Origin: a virus
Taxonomy: Duplodnaviria > Caudoviricetes
Reading direction: 5' to 3' (one strand)
IMG/VR virus record: IMGVR_UViG_3300031449_000026
Location: 1-53,044 of that record
DNA length: 53,044 nucleotides
The position numbers and the translations under genes are program-made. Of the stretch, positions 16,485 to 25,800 are shown piece after piece. The notes below the pieces were generated by a model that saw nothing but the letters and a program-made list of their open reading frames with translations, was not told the origin of the DNA and ran no database searches. How positions within the stretch are numbered: the first letter of the stretch is position 1; every line of letters begins with the position of its first letter.

Positions 16485-18053
16485 TTAATACCGCCCCCCG
16501 CGAGGCTTGCCCTTTGTCCGGGCATTGAACTCGTCCATGCTCGTTTTCGCCATTGTCAGCAAATCCTTTCGCCCGAGTCCCGTGTGAACCTCGTAAAACG
16601 CCCATTTTTCAGAGTCGGTGGCAGCCAGCGGAATGACCTTTGCCATCAGAAGCCATGCCTGCCCGTACCGAAGCGACAGGCGCACGGCGTCGTCGCTTGG
16701 GGAGAACGGCAGCACGTCGGTTCCGTCCGTGAAGTCCTGCGACAAAAACGCGGGCGCGAACGCAAGGCTGCCATTCATATCCCGGAGCCAGTCCGCTCCC
16801 GCCGCGTTCACCGTAAGCCGCTGCGGGATATGAATGGCATGGTATGTCAGCCCACCAAGAACCTGCCTCTGCATCGGCGGCGGCGTCAGCACCATGACCG
16901 GCGCGGGGGCATCATAGGAGGCCGGGTAGAAGTCCACGCGGGAGCGGTAATGCTGCCCCCCGGCAATGATGTTTCCCTGCGCGTCTTCCGGCAAAATAGG
17001 CAAACCGCCGGAGCCGCCGTAAAAGGCCCCGCTCCATAGCCCGGCATAGCCCGTGCCGCTCCCGTAGCCGCCCGCAAGGCCGTAAGGAAGCCCTGAGTCC
17101 CGCTGCCCCTGCCGCCTGCGGAAGAAGTCTCGAGAGCCGGGAAATTGACCGGACAGCAGCGGGTCGGGGCCAAGCAAACTGCCCCACGTCTCGTCCACCG
17201 CCTGTGCAAAGTCTGCCGGGAGCGGGTACACGCTCTGTCCGGGAACAAGAGCGATTGGCGGCAGGGCGCGGACGGCAGGACGCCACTCGGATAGGGCGGC
17301 GAGGGCTTCCCGGAGGGCTTCGTCTATCTGCGCGTCGCTGATGACGACAAGCGCGGAGGGGTCTACGATTTGTCCCTCCGGGACAAGGAGCGGCTCGTCC
17401 ACGATCAGGTTTCGCATCATCGCCCGCCACCGCGCCACCGAATAGAGGTGCGGCGGAATCGCGGGGAGTACGGGAGTGGCCCCGCCCGAAAGCGCCAGCA
17501 TTCCGCCCGCCGGCGGCACGGCCACCCCGTTGACCGCCGCCGGCACAAACACGCCATTCACAAGGTCGCCTGCCTGCACCGCTGTGCCCCCCGGCCCCAG
17601 CCCAGCAGGAAGGCTTGTCAGCGAGGCTGTCAGCGCAAACGTCACGCCGTCCGCCGCAGGCCCGCTGACCGCCGCCGGGTACGGACCGTCACTTGCGCCG
17701 CCCTCGGTGATGAGGAGGGCCGCTGTTGCCGGGCTGGGAGCGTAGAAAACCGGGATGGTGATTGTCGCCAGCACGGGCAGGGGCGGCGCGACAAGCGGCA
17801 CGGAGTAAGTCTGCGGACTGCTGCCGCCCGTATCCCAGACCAGCGTGTCGGCAGGGGTGACGCCCGTATCCACCAAAACGCTGTATGCGCCGCCTCGCAG
17901 CCCTGCCGTGATGCCGTCCGGCCAGTCGGCAGGCAGAATACCCGCAGCAATGCGCGGCCCCAGCGCAACCCCTGCTTTATACAGGACGTAGCCGAGCGAC
18001 GACGCCGATGCAACGGGAACCGGGATGCCGAAATCAACTTGAAACACGCTCAT
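16485..18053 (-). CDS. putative head-tail adaptor with extra N-terminal domains
   Basis: ATGA-coupled start MSVFQ; ISDAQIDEALREALAALS..LVPGQSVYPLPADF is adaptor-like. Confidence 0.55.
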   Translation of the reverse strand: MSVFQVDFGIPVPVASASSLGYVLYKAGVALGPRIAAGILPADWPDGITAGLRGGAYSVLVDTGVTPADTLVWDTGGSSPQTYSVPLVAPPLPVLATITIPVFYAPSPATAALLITEGGASDGPYPAAVSGPAADGVTFALTASLTSLPAGLGPGGTAVQAGDLVNGVFVPAAVNGVAVPPAGGMLALSGGATPVLPAIPPHLYSVARWRAMMRNLIVDEPLLVPEGQIVDPSALVVISDAQIDEALREALAALSEWRPAVRALPPIALVPGQSVYPLPADFAQAVDETWGSLLGPDPLLSGQFPGSRDFFRRRQGQRDSGLPYGLAGGYGSGTGYAGLWSGAFYGGSGGLPILPEDAQGNIIAGGQHYRSRVDFYPASYDAPAPVMVLTPPPMQRQVLGGLTYHAIHIPQRLTVNAAGADWLRDMNGSLAFAPAFLSQDFTDGTDVLPFSPSDDAVRLSLRYGQAWLLMAKVIPLAATDSEKWAFYEVHTGLGRKDLLTMAKTSMDEFNARTKGKPRGGRY

Positions 18054-18532
18054 AATTCGTACTTTGCCTTCGTAATCCGGTGGATGTCTTCCGGCGACGG
18101 CGGCCCATTTAAGCCCCAACATTCCTGCTCTGTTTCAGAGGTTACCATCGCCAGCAGACTGCAAATCCACTCCCCTTGCCGCGACACGTAGACGTGCAGC
18201 CAGCCGGGCAGCCGCTTGGTCAGGCCAATGATGACGATGCTGGGCTTGTCGTAGTGCTTATCTACCTGCTCTTCCAGCCAGGCGAGTTTTGCGTCCACCT
18301 GCGCTGCGTCAAACGGTAGATATTGCACGTCCTCCACACCGAACCAGAGGTCAACGGGGTACAGTTCACGTTTTGTCACGCCGGTTGACCAGTACGCATC
18401 GTAGGCCAGTGCGCCGCCGCTGTCGTCGAAGAAGATGGCCGGGGCAACGTGAGCAAACCTAGATTTTGTCCAGCGGCGTATCCACCAGGCGGCAATTCCA
18501 GAGCCTCGGTAATAAAGCAGTGCGGCTTGCAT
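18050..18532 (-). CDS. permuted papain-like NlpC/P60 (YiiX-like) amidase
   Basis: IRRWTKSRFAHVA (His) ..YD.. WICSLL (Cys) ..SPEDI; His-before-Cys permuted order. Confidence 0.75.
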   Translation of the reverse strand: MQAALLYYRGSGIAAWWIRRWTKSRFAHVAPAIFFDDSGGALAYDAYWSTGVTKRELYPVDLWFGVEDVQYLPFDAAQVDAKLAWLEEQVDKHYDKPSIVIIGLTKRLPGWLHVYVSRQGEWICSLLAMVTSETEQECWGLNGPPSPEDIHRITKAKYEL

Positions 18533-18542
18533 AGTCTCGCTC

Positions 18543-18650
18543 CTAGAAGTGTATCTGCCCGGTCATCAGCAGTCCGTCAGTGATAGCAAGTAAGCCCGCT
18601 ATAACCGCCATCACGAGTAAGGCGATTTTGACGCCCCTTTCTTCGGTCAT
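18543..18650 (-). CDS. 35-aa TM peptide (holin-like candidate)
   Basis: MTEERGVKIALLVMAVIAGLLAITDGLLMTGQIHF* with GGAGG RBS. Confidence 0.55.
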   Translation of the reverse strand: MTEERGVKIALLVMAVIAGLLAITDGLLMTGQIHF

Positions 18651-18661
18651 TTTGACGCCTC

Positions 18662-19093
18662 CTATGGTATGATCCCTACCACCGTCACTTGGCCCGTCGC
18701 CGTGTCCATCGTGATAACGCTCCCGCCGCTAAAATAACTCGCCATGACCGGCTGGCCCTGGCCGTCCTTTGCGCCGGTGTCCGTGTCAAGCGTCGCTGCC
18801 GCCGACGCGACCATCGCCCGCGAAAAGTGCGGCAGAAGTCCCTCGCCTGCCGCCTGCGCCGGGAACGCCGCCATTTGCAAAAAAGCGTCCCGCCCAAGCT
18901 GGGTCTGGTGCTGGCCGTCCGGGGACGCGTTCGCAAGGAACGCCTGCACGGTGTGGAACACGTCCCAGGTGATGCCTGCGCCGAGTTCGCGGAGCAGGTT
19001 GTCCAGGTTGTCCGAGGCCGGGTAGTGAACGGCGTCCGGGTGCGTGTCGCCGTCCGTGCCTTGAAATTGCTTCCGAACGAGTGTGAGCAGCAT
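18662..19093 (-). CDS. hypothetical protein
   Basis: GGAGG RBS; tightly packed in the operon. Confidence 0.6.
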   Translation of the reverse strand: MLLTLVRKQFQGTDGDTHPDAVHYPASDNLDNLLRELGAGITWDVFHTVQAFLANASPDGQHQTQLGRDAFLQMAAFPAQAAGEGLLPHFSRAMVASAAATLDTDTGAKDGQGQPVMASYFSGGSVITMDTATGQVTVVGIIP

Positions 19094-19104
19094 GGCAAAG
19101 CCTC

Positions 19105-19995
19105 CTAGTGAACAAGCACGATGTTCGTGTTGTCACTGAAAAATGTCTCGCTGGCTCCAATGCCTGAGAGCGTGTCGGCAGGCGAACCTAAAACGGTGTT
19201 GGACACGGCGACGGAGTTTGCGGACAGGTCAATGAGCGTGATACGCTGGCCTTTCCAGGTGGAGGCGGCAGGCAGGGTTTCGGTGCAGGCGGCAGACGCA
19301 TTAAACTCAATCGCGCTGTCGATTGTGGTTGCCGTGTCAGTCGTGGCCGTAACGGTGCGGACGGCAGAGGCGAAGGCGGCGGCGGCAAATAACCCTCCGG
19401 TCTGAAGCGTTTGCTTTGCGGGTCGCCACAAGTAGGTGTCGGGGGACTGGTTATAGACTGTGCCATCCGGGAAGCCGATACCAATCATTGTGGAACTTGC
19501 CGGAACGCTTCCGATGCTCATTTGGTCTAAGTTTGGCCCACCGATAAAATTAAACGTGTTTCCATTGGGATAAATCTTTTGCACATGAAGGCCGTACTGA
19601 ATGGTGACGTCGCTCTTAAAATATGCACCGTTGTTACCGTCCAGATAGCAACCTAAATCCCCTGTGCTGGAAAAAATGCGAACTCCATGCCCCGTCCCCC
19701 CGCTCGGCATATTCACCGTCAGCCCGCTATCGCCGGTATTGACCACATTGGCCGTCAGCACCGAGTTCGTGCCAAGCGTCCCGCCCCCAAACGTCCAGTG
19801 AACGCCGTCGGGCGAGAACGTCACCGGCTGATAGGTGAAGGAGAGGCCGCTGGCAACGCTCACCGGGATTTGACCGGCGGCAGTGGGCAGAGGAACGCGG
19901 GTGCCGAAGCCAAAGTCCGCCCTCCCCGCAGCACAAAAAAACAGCGTACAGGGGAGGGTGAGCAGCAGCGCAAGAAAAGGAAATAGCTTGTTCAT
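19105..19995 (-). CDS. fibre-like protein with an N-terminal signal-peptide-like segment
   Basis: MNKLFPFLALLLTLPCTLFFCAAGRA-DF; Gly/Thr-rich body; C-terminal TETLPAAS..GQRITLID fibre-type motif. Confidence 0.55.
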   Translation of the reverse strand: MNKLFPFLALLLTLPCTLFFCAAGRADFGFGTRVPLPTAAGQIPVSVASGLSFTYQPVTFSPDGVHWTFGGGTLGTNSVLTANVVNTGDSGLTVNMPSGGTGHGVRIFSSTGDLGCYLDGNNGAYFKSDVTIQYGLHVQKIYPNGNTFNFIGGPNLDQMSIGSVPASSTMIGIGFPDGTVYNQSPDTYLWRPAKQTLQTGGLFAAAAFASAVRTVTATTDTATTIDSAIEFNASAACTETLPAASTWKGQRITLIDLSANSVAVSNTVLGSPADTLSGIGASETFFSDNTNIVLVH

Positions 19996-20000
19996 TTGCT

Positions 20001-20522
20001 TTATTCCAGGTGCCACGTGTTTGCCGCCACATCGCGCAGACGAAACGAGGCCGCGCCGCCGGCGATGAGGCTTGCGATGGCAGCCGCGACGCCTGCGTTG
20101 TTGGCATCGTAGCTGTCACCAACTTGGAGTGCTACGCCGAAAGTAAGGCCGCCGAGCGCGGACACGTCGAAGGTTTCCACGATGCCCGAGCCGGTTGCGG
20201 CGTACAGCGTCGCCACGGCGTTGGCAGTGGGCTTGACTTCGCGCACTGTATTTTGAGACGGGCGGGTGAGGGTGCCGGTTGTGGTGAAAGCAATGATTGG
20301 GTCGGGCTGCGGCCCGGAAAGCGAGAATGCCATTTGGAGGGATCCTATCTGTGTTCGGAGTGCAGCGTTTTCCTGCACGAGAGAATTGATGACTTGCACG
20401 AGAGAATTGATGAGGCTTGTCTGGGCATCAATCTGTGTAGAAAGCGATTGCAGCGTCACCGACGCGGGCGGGGCGGCGCTGCTGGTCAGGATGATAATTT
20501 GGTTTGGGTCAGGCTGGGTCAT
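20001..20522 (-). CDS. small coiled-coil fibre/decoration-like protein
   Basis: Heptad LINSLVQ repeat followed by a beta-rich C-terminus. Confidence 0.5.
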   Translation of the reverse strand: MTQPDPNQIIILTSSAAPPASVTLQSLSTQIDAQTSLINSLVQVINSLVQENAALRTQIGSLQMAFSLSGPQPDPIIAFTTTGTLTRPSQNTVREVKPTANAVATLYAATGSGIVETFDVSALGGLTFGVALQVGDSYDANNAGVAAAIASLIAGGAASFRLRDVAANTWHLE

Positions 20523-20549
20523 GTCATGCCCCCATTGCGTGTAGTCATG

Positions 20550-21125
20550 TCATGCCCCCATTGCCTCCTGCACTTCCGGTAGGGCGCGAAGCCGCGCCAG
20601 TGATTTTGCATTTACTTTGGAGATCCAGGAGTGGCTAACGTCCAGCATCTTTGCGACTTCCGCATTTGTTCTCTCTTCTTCGTAGATCAGCCACAGGATT
20701 TCGCGGTGATAAAGACTGGGGATTAAGCCGAGAAGCCAAAACAACCTGTCTGCGCTGAGAAAATCCGCGTACTGGTCACGCGGCGCATACAGTAGGTTTC
20801 CTCCCGAGTCTTCATCCTCATGGATTTCCAGTGGCAGCGTCAACTTGCCGCCATAAACACTTTGCCTTTTGCCGCCCTCGCCTGCCTGCGTCGTGTAGCC
20901 GATTTCTCCCCGCAAGAAGCCAAAAGCCCCTTGAAACGCATCCATCGTGATCAGCTGACGCGGCTTGCCCTTTTGATAGGATTTCCATGCGGCAATGTGG
21001 GCCGCCGCCGCTGCATCCTCTGTCAGTTCGGGGTTTCTACGGCAGACTTTCTTAGCCTGCTTCGCGCACATGTCAAAAAACCATGCCTCGTCTTCTGGCA
21101 GGATGTCAACTATGTTCCTAGTCAT
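20550..21125 (-). CDS. sigma-70 family (region 2/4) factor
   Basis: REILWLIYEEERTNAEVAKMLDVSHSWISKVNAKSLARLR is a region 4 HTH; start MTRNI overlaps the GH71 stop. Confidence 0.75.
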   Translation of the reverse strand: MTRNIVDILPEDEAWFFDMCAKQAKKVCRRNPELTEDAAAAAHIAAWKSYQKGKPRQLITMDAFQGAFGFLRGEIGYTTQAGEGGKRQSVYGGKLTLPLEIHEDEDSGGNLLYAPRDQYADFLSADRLFWLLGLIPSLYHREILWLIYEEERTNAEVAKMLDVSHSWISKVNAKSLARLRALPEVQEAMGA

Positions 21126-22725
21126 GCGCGTAGCCGGTCCAGTAATTGCCGTTGTAGGCCGCCGCCTGGCTGACAATCGGCTCCCCGGCAAGTGTGACAA
21201 GTGTTTGCCCGTTCCGGGTCAGGGCAAAACTGACATTGCCCGGCATGAATGGCCCGAGGCGCACGAACGACAATCCCGGCGTGACTGTTTTCGAGAGCGT
21301 CTGTCCGGCGTTCGTGACGCTGATCGTGCTGGTCGCTGCCGCCATGACCGCGACGTAAAACGTGTCCATCACCGGCCCGCCGTCTTCAGTCGTGAACGGA
21401 TCGAGCGGCCCGAGCGGGTCAGCGCACACGAGGCCAATCGGCTGAGTGCGGTAGAAGGGGAAAATCGCGTTTTTGACGATCGTGGGCCGAACGCCCGTCT
21501 TATACCGCTGGATGTAATACAAGTTGAGCATTTTCAGCCCACTCTTGTCTTTATAGAAGCCGTCAATACTGCTATGGGCGAGGTAATGCCACGGTCCGGA
21601 CGGTCCAAAGTTTGCATTGGTAAGATTCGAGCTTTCGTCGTCGTCGTTCCACGTCACGAACTGCACCCACGCGGCCTTTTGACTTTGGAGGATGCTTGTC
21701 CACTGATGGTCCAGCGCCTCACCCCCGCAGGCTTCAATGTAGAAATGATTGGGGGACGGGTGTGCGAGGCCCAAATACTGCGGCGTTACGGTTCCCATCC
21801 ACTGAATGCCGGCGGCGGCGAGCTGCTGGCTATACATCTCGGCCACCGCCAGCGCAGAATTGGGTGCAAGAGATGGGCCGGTGCCGGTGCCGAACAGCCA
21901 GCAGGCGTCCGCAAGCCCCGACAGAAGCCCGCTGATCTCGTTCGCATTGGACACGCTTTGCGGCGTCTGCGGCACATTGCCAGCCGAATCACGGACGTTG
22001 AAAAACGGGCAGAAGAAAAGGTTGGCATGAGGCACTTGTGCCAGCATCGCCGTCCTTACAGACTGGAACCGGGCCTTGACATCAGCATATGTTCCGCCCT
22101 CGCCAGCGTAAGTGCCGAGGAACGGACGGCCTTTATAGCGGTAGTACGACGGGTGACTGATGCCGGAGCTGATGAGGGCGCAAATCGTGGCGGTGTCCTG
22201 CGGGAAGCCGCTGAAGTCCGGCTGGGCGTAGATGAAAAAGTTACCGACGCCGGGGCTGTTCTGCGCCCCGGCGTTTCCGACATTCGACTGGTCTGCCGCC
22301 AGCAAAAGAAAGTTCCACGCTTCCTGGTAAGGAATGTCCCACGCCCCGATGTTCACCGCAAAACCGTCTATGCCGCAGGCTTTCGCCTCATTGATGTCTT
22401 GCAGGAAGTTTTGGACGCTGGGCGCTTGCCCGTAGTAGTCTTTGCCGTAGTCGCCGGAGGAAAGCAAGAAGTGGGCGAACACGAGGCGCGGCCCGCCGGG
22501 AGAATTTTCCGTGAAGCGGTTCGCGAACGGCTGGCCGAAGACAGTCGGGGCGAGTGCGGCGGCGGCGGCTTGAAGTCCGGCATTTTGGGACTGCAAGGCG
22601 GTGACCTCGGCTGTCAGAGCAGTAACTTGACCCGGCAACGCGAGCGCGGCGGGGGACGGCTCGAAGGTGAGTTCTCCTTCGGGCGTCGCAACTGTTTCCG
22701 GCAGAAATACAAGCGGATCAGGCAT
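21118..22725 (-). CDS. glycoside hydrolase family 71 (alpha-1,3-glucanase/mutanase-like) with N-terminal coiled coil
   Basis: VFAHF, DINEAKACGIDGFAVNIG, YYRYKGRPFLGTYAG, VQFVTWNDDDESS and FYRTQP match GH71 motifs; start at MPDPLV. Confidence 0.85.
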   Translation of the reverse strand: MPDPLVFLPETVATPEGELTFEPSPAALALPGQVTALTAEVTALQSQNAGLQAAAAALAPTVFGQPFANRFTENSPGGPRLVFAHFLLSSGDYGKDYYGQAPSVQNFLQDINEAKACGIDGFAVNIGAWDIPYQEAWNFLLLAADQSNVGNAGAQNSPGVGNFFIYAQPDFSGFPQDTATICALISSGISHPSYYRYKGRPFLGTYAGEGGTYADVKARFQSVRTAMLAQVPHANLFFCPFFNVRDSAGNVPQTPQSVSNANEISGLLSGLADACWLFGTGTGPSLAPNSALAVAEMYSQQLAAAGIQWMGTVTPQYLGLAHPSPNHFYIEACGGEALDHQWTSILQSQKAAWVQFVTWNDDDESSNLTNANFGPSGPWHYLAHSSIDGFYKDKSGLKMLNLYYIQRYKTGVRPTIVKNAIFPFYRTQPIGLVCADPLGPLDPFTTEDGGPVMDTFYVAVMAAATSTISVTNAGQTLSKTVTPGLSFVRLGPFMPGNVSFALTRNGQTLVTLAGEPIVSQAAAYNGNYWTGYAHD

Positions 22726-22765
22726 GGCAGGATCTTCTCGAACGAACAAAATCAAGGCGAAAAGC

Positions 22766-22806
22766 AAAAAAGAAAAGTCAACGGCAAGCCTTCTGCTGCC
22801 GTTGAC
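22766..22806 (-). terminator. intrinsic terminator after the capsid gene
   Basis: GTCAACGGCA/TGCCGTTGAC stem plus T-tract. Confidence 0.75.
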
Positions 22807-22853
22807 CTCCAAGCAGTAGCCAGTCTTAGAACAAAATGCTTGGAGCAAAATGC

Positions 22854-25800
22854 TTAGAACAAGATGTTCAGGGTGCTGGGCTTGTTGAAGACGTTGCCGC
22901 TGCCGTCTTGGGCAAGCGGAGTGCAGAACGTCTCGAACTGATTCATCATGTATTCCGTGCGTGCAACAAGCTGGTTCGTCGCTGACCCGTCGTAGTTGAC
23001 AAAGCCGCCTTCGGTGTGGAGCGGCGTTTCCACGACGTACTTGCTGAACTCGTTCTTGAACAAAAGAAGAGCGTCGTTGCCAAGAATGGACGGCGCGTTG
23101 ACCTGATCGTACAGAACCCCCGCGTACTCCGCATAGGTCTGGTCCGTTGGGTTGACCAGATCTGTTCCCGTCGGGCTTTTCAATTTGTCGAAGATGTCGG
23201 ACTGCACGATGTAAGACGCTGCAATCTGCGAGGAAAGGCAAAAGTCCGGGCGCAGGAAGTTCGGATGACTGCCCATTTTTGCGGCAATGATGTTGTTGGT
23301 GATAAAAACGGTATCGTAGTAGGCCCGCGAGGTCACGCCGCCGGGATAGCCCGCCGCTCCGAAGTTCACCTGCGTTAAAAAGAAGTTCGTGGCATAGGTA
23401 TACTGCATGGTCAAGGTCGTCGTTGCCGCCGTGATGCCTGCCGCCGCCGAGAACACGACTTTGCCGCGCATATAGTCCACAGCGTACTGCGCCTGCGCCG
23501 GGGCTCCCGTTGCCGGATTGTAAAGGCTGCCGATCTCAAAGTCTTCCGTCAGGTAGCCAGGAACAAGGACGGTGTTCCCCTTCATTACCGTGATGGGGAA
23601 CCGGGTCGCGGTCGTCTCGTTGTTGAACTGATCCACGCCCACAATATCGCGCGGAATGACAAGCGGCGTTCGGCAGGCATTAGACGCGGACGGCGTAAAG
23701 CCTGGATTGCCCGCGCCCGTCAGTCGCCCGGTCGCCGCCGCCGTCGGCCCGGCAGGAGGCATCCCGGCAAGGGTATTGCCGCAGTCCGGCTGGGCGATGC
23801 AGACAACGCCCTGCGGCGGGTACGGGTTGTCCGGGGAGCGGTCGAGGGCATTAGATCCGCTGCCGGAGCCGTAGGTTACGCCGTCCTGCGTGGGTCCGTT
23901 CGTGAGGTTGCCGGGCGCGATCGGCTCCGGCGCGGTCAGCGTGATGCTGTTCTGCTCCAAAGTTGAGGAGACCATCTCAAAATAGCCGAGGTTGTCGGTT
24001 TCCAAAGCGTTGATTTGCAGGTTTCCGGCAATTGCTTCGCCGAGAAGGTCAAATGGGGCCGCGCCGGTTGCCGTCCAGTTCTGAACTTCTTTGGTCATGC
24101 CGAACGCCGAAGCGCGGCGATAGGTGTTGAACTGCTGGAAGGAGTTCTGGAGCGTCGTCCGGGGAATACCCTGGTTTTCGCCGATGCGCCCAGAGTTTCG
24201 CGTTCGGCCTCCGGTGTTGTGGATCGCCCGCTCCCGGTAACGCGACTGGAACTTGAAAATACGGCCCATGTTGCTGCCGCCGCCGCCGCCGTCAAAGCCC
24301 GGCATCACGCCCTGCCGGAACTGAGCATTGGGACCGAATGCGCCGAGGTACTTCAAGGATTGCAAATTTTGGTACAAAGGCCGCATGACCAGCGGGATAA
24401 AAACCGGCTGCTGCAAAATGTTCGCGGTCGTCAGCACCGCGTCCGTAATAGGCGCGGACTCAATGAGTCCGGCGTCCACCATCGCGTTCAGCGCGTTCAC
24501 GCCGGACTGCTGGTTCTTTTGTCCTATCGGATTGGTCATGTAGTCCACGGCATCCACGATGGCTTGCCGTCCGACTTTCTTTTCCATCGGGCCGCAGATT
24601 TCGTCCACTTTGGCCTTCGTGGAAGCGGCAAGCCGCGAGTCCGGGTTGATGCCGTATTCGCGGAACTTCTTTTCCGTGGCCGCGTTGATCGCGTCCAGGA
24701 AGCCGTCTGTGCGCTTGTCTTTGTCGTCCACGATCACGTCCACACGCTCCGTTCCGGCTCCGCTGGCATTGCCTCGCGCCTGCCCGTTGTCTGCCCCGCT
24801 CCCTGCTTGCTGACTGTCGGCAACGCCGCCCAGTTTCAAGCCTTTCATCGCCAAATCAAGCGAGGACTGGATTTCGTCCTGCGTGTCAATGGCATCCAAG
24901 AGAACGACGCGGGCCTCAGCCTCGGTTGTTTTCCCGCGCACTTTTTTGGCGAACTTCTGCCGCACTTCGGCTTGGGTGAACCGGGCGACTTCCGGGGCGG
25001 TGCCTGCTTCCACTGCGTCGGCCAGCATGGTCACTTTCGCGGTTTCCGCAGAAGCGGCGTCGCGCTGGGTCTGGGCGTCCACATAGGCATTCGCCTTTTT
25101 GATGTCCGGGGCGAGTTCGGTTCTCACCCGGTCCAAGATGGCATCCACGGTCGGGGCCGCGTCCATCGCGTCGGCGGCGTCCAGAAGCGACTGTTTCACT
25201 TCCGGGTCTTCAATCGTCTGCGCCTGGGCGCGAAGTTCGGCGGCGGTTTTCAAGGGTCTTTTCTCCTGGGTTGGTTTGGCGAAATTTGGTTTTTTGATAG
25301 AGTTATCTGCGGCAACAGGCTCGGACTTGATGCTTCCCGTCGTGACCAGCGCAGTAAGTGTCGGTGCAGGAGCGGCTTCTTCGGCATCCGTGACCTGCAC
25401 CTGCGGGAGCGCCGCCATGTCGGTCGCATCTGTCATTGGGATCAGTTCGGCGGCGTCCACCATGACCCGGCCGGCCTGCGTAAAGGCGGGGTTGGGAACG
25501 TAATCCAAAACAGCGGAAAAGACGTACTGCCCGACTTCGGCATCAAAGAGCTGCACAGCCTGCCCTTCTGCGGTCTTGCCGGACTTGGGGGGCCTGCCCG
25601 CGTGCCATCGCACCGAGCAACCGATGTGTCCCTTTTCCCTGGCGCGGTCAATGACGGCGGCTTCACGGGGCTTCTTTGGGTCAAGGTAGACCGACGCGCC
25701 GAGGTTGCCGTCCACGATAAACCAGTGGCCTTGATCCCAAATTTTGTTTTGCAGGCTTGTGATGAACTGTTTGCGGTCCGCGTCAAAGCGCGGGTGCGGC

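Noticed and set aside
22812-22846. Sixth copy of the late-promoter motif before GH71
   Set aside because: Only GGCTACT matches; the upstream box and spacing deviate.
22725-23241. N-terminal extension of GH71 suggesting a capsid-GH71 frameshift fusion
   Set aside because: It overlaps the capsid gene in another frame and crosses a strong terminator; I saw no clear slippery site. Not fully excluded.
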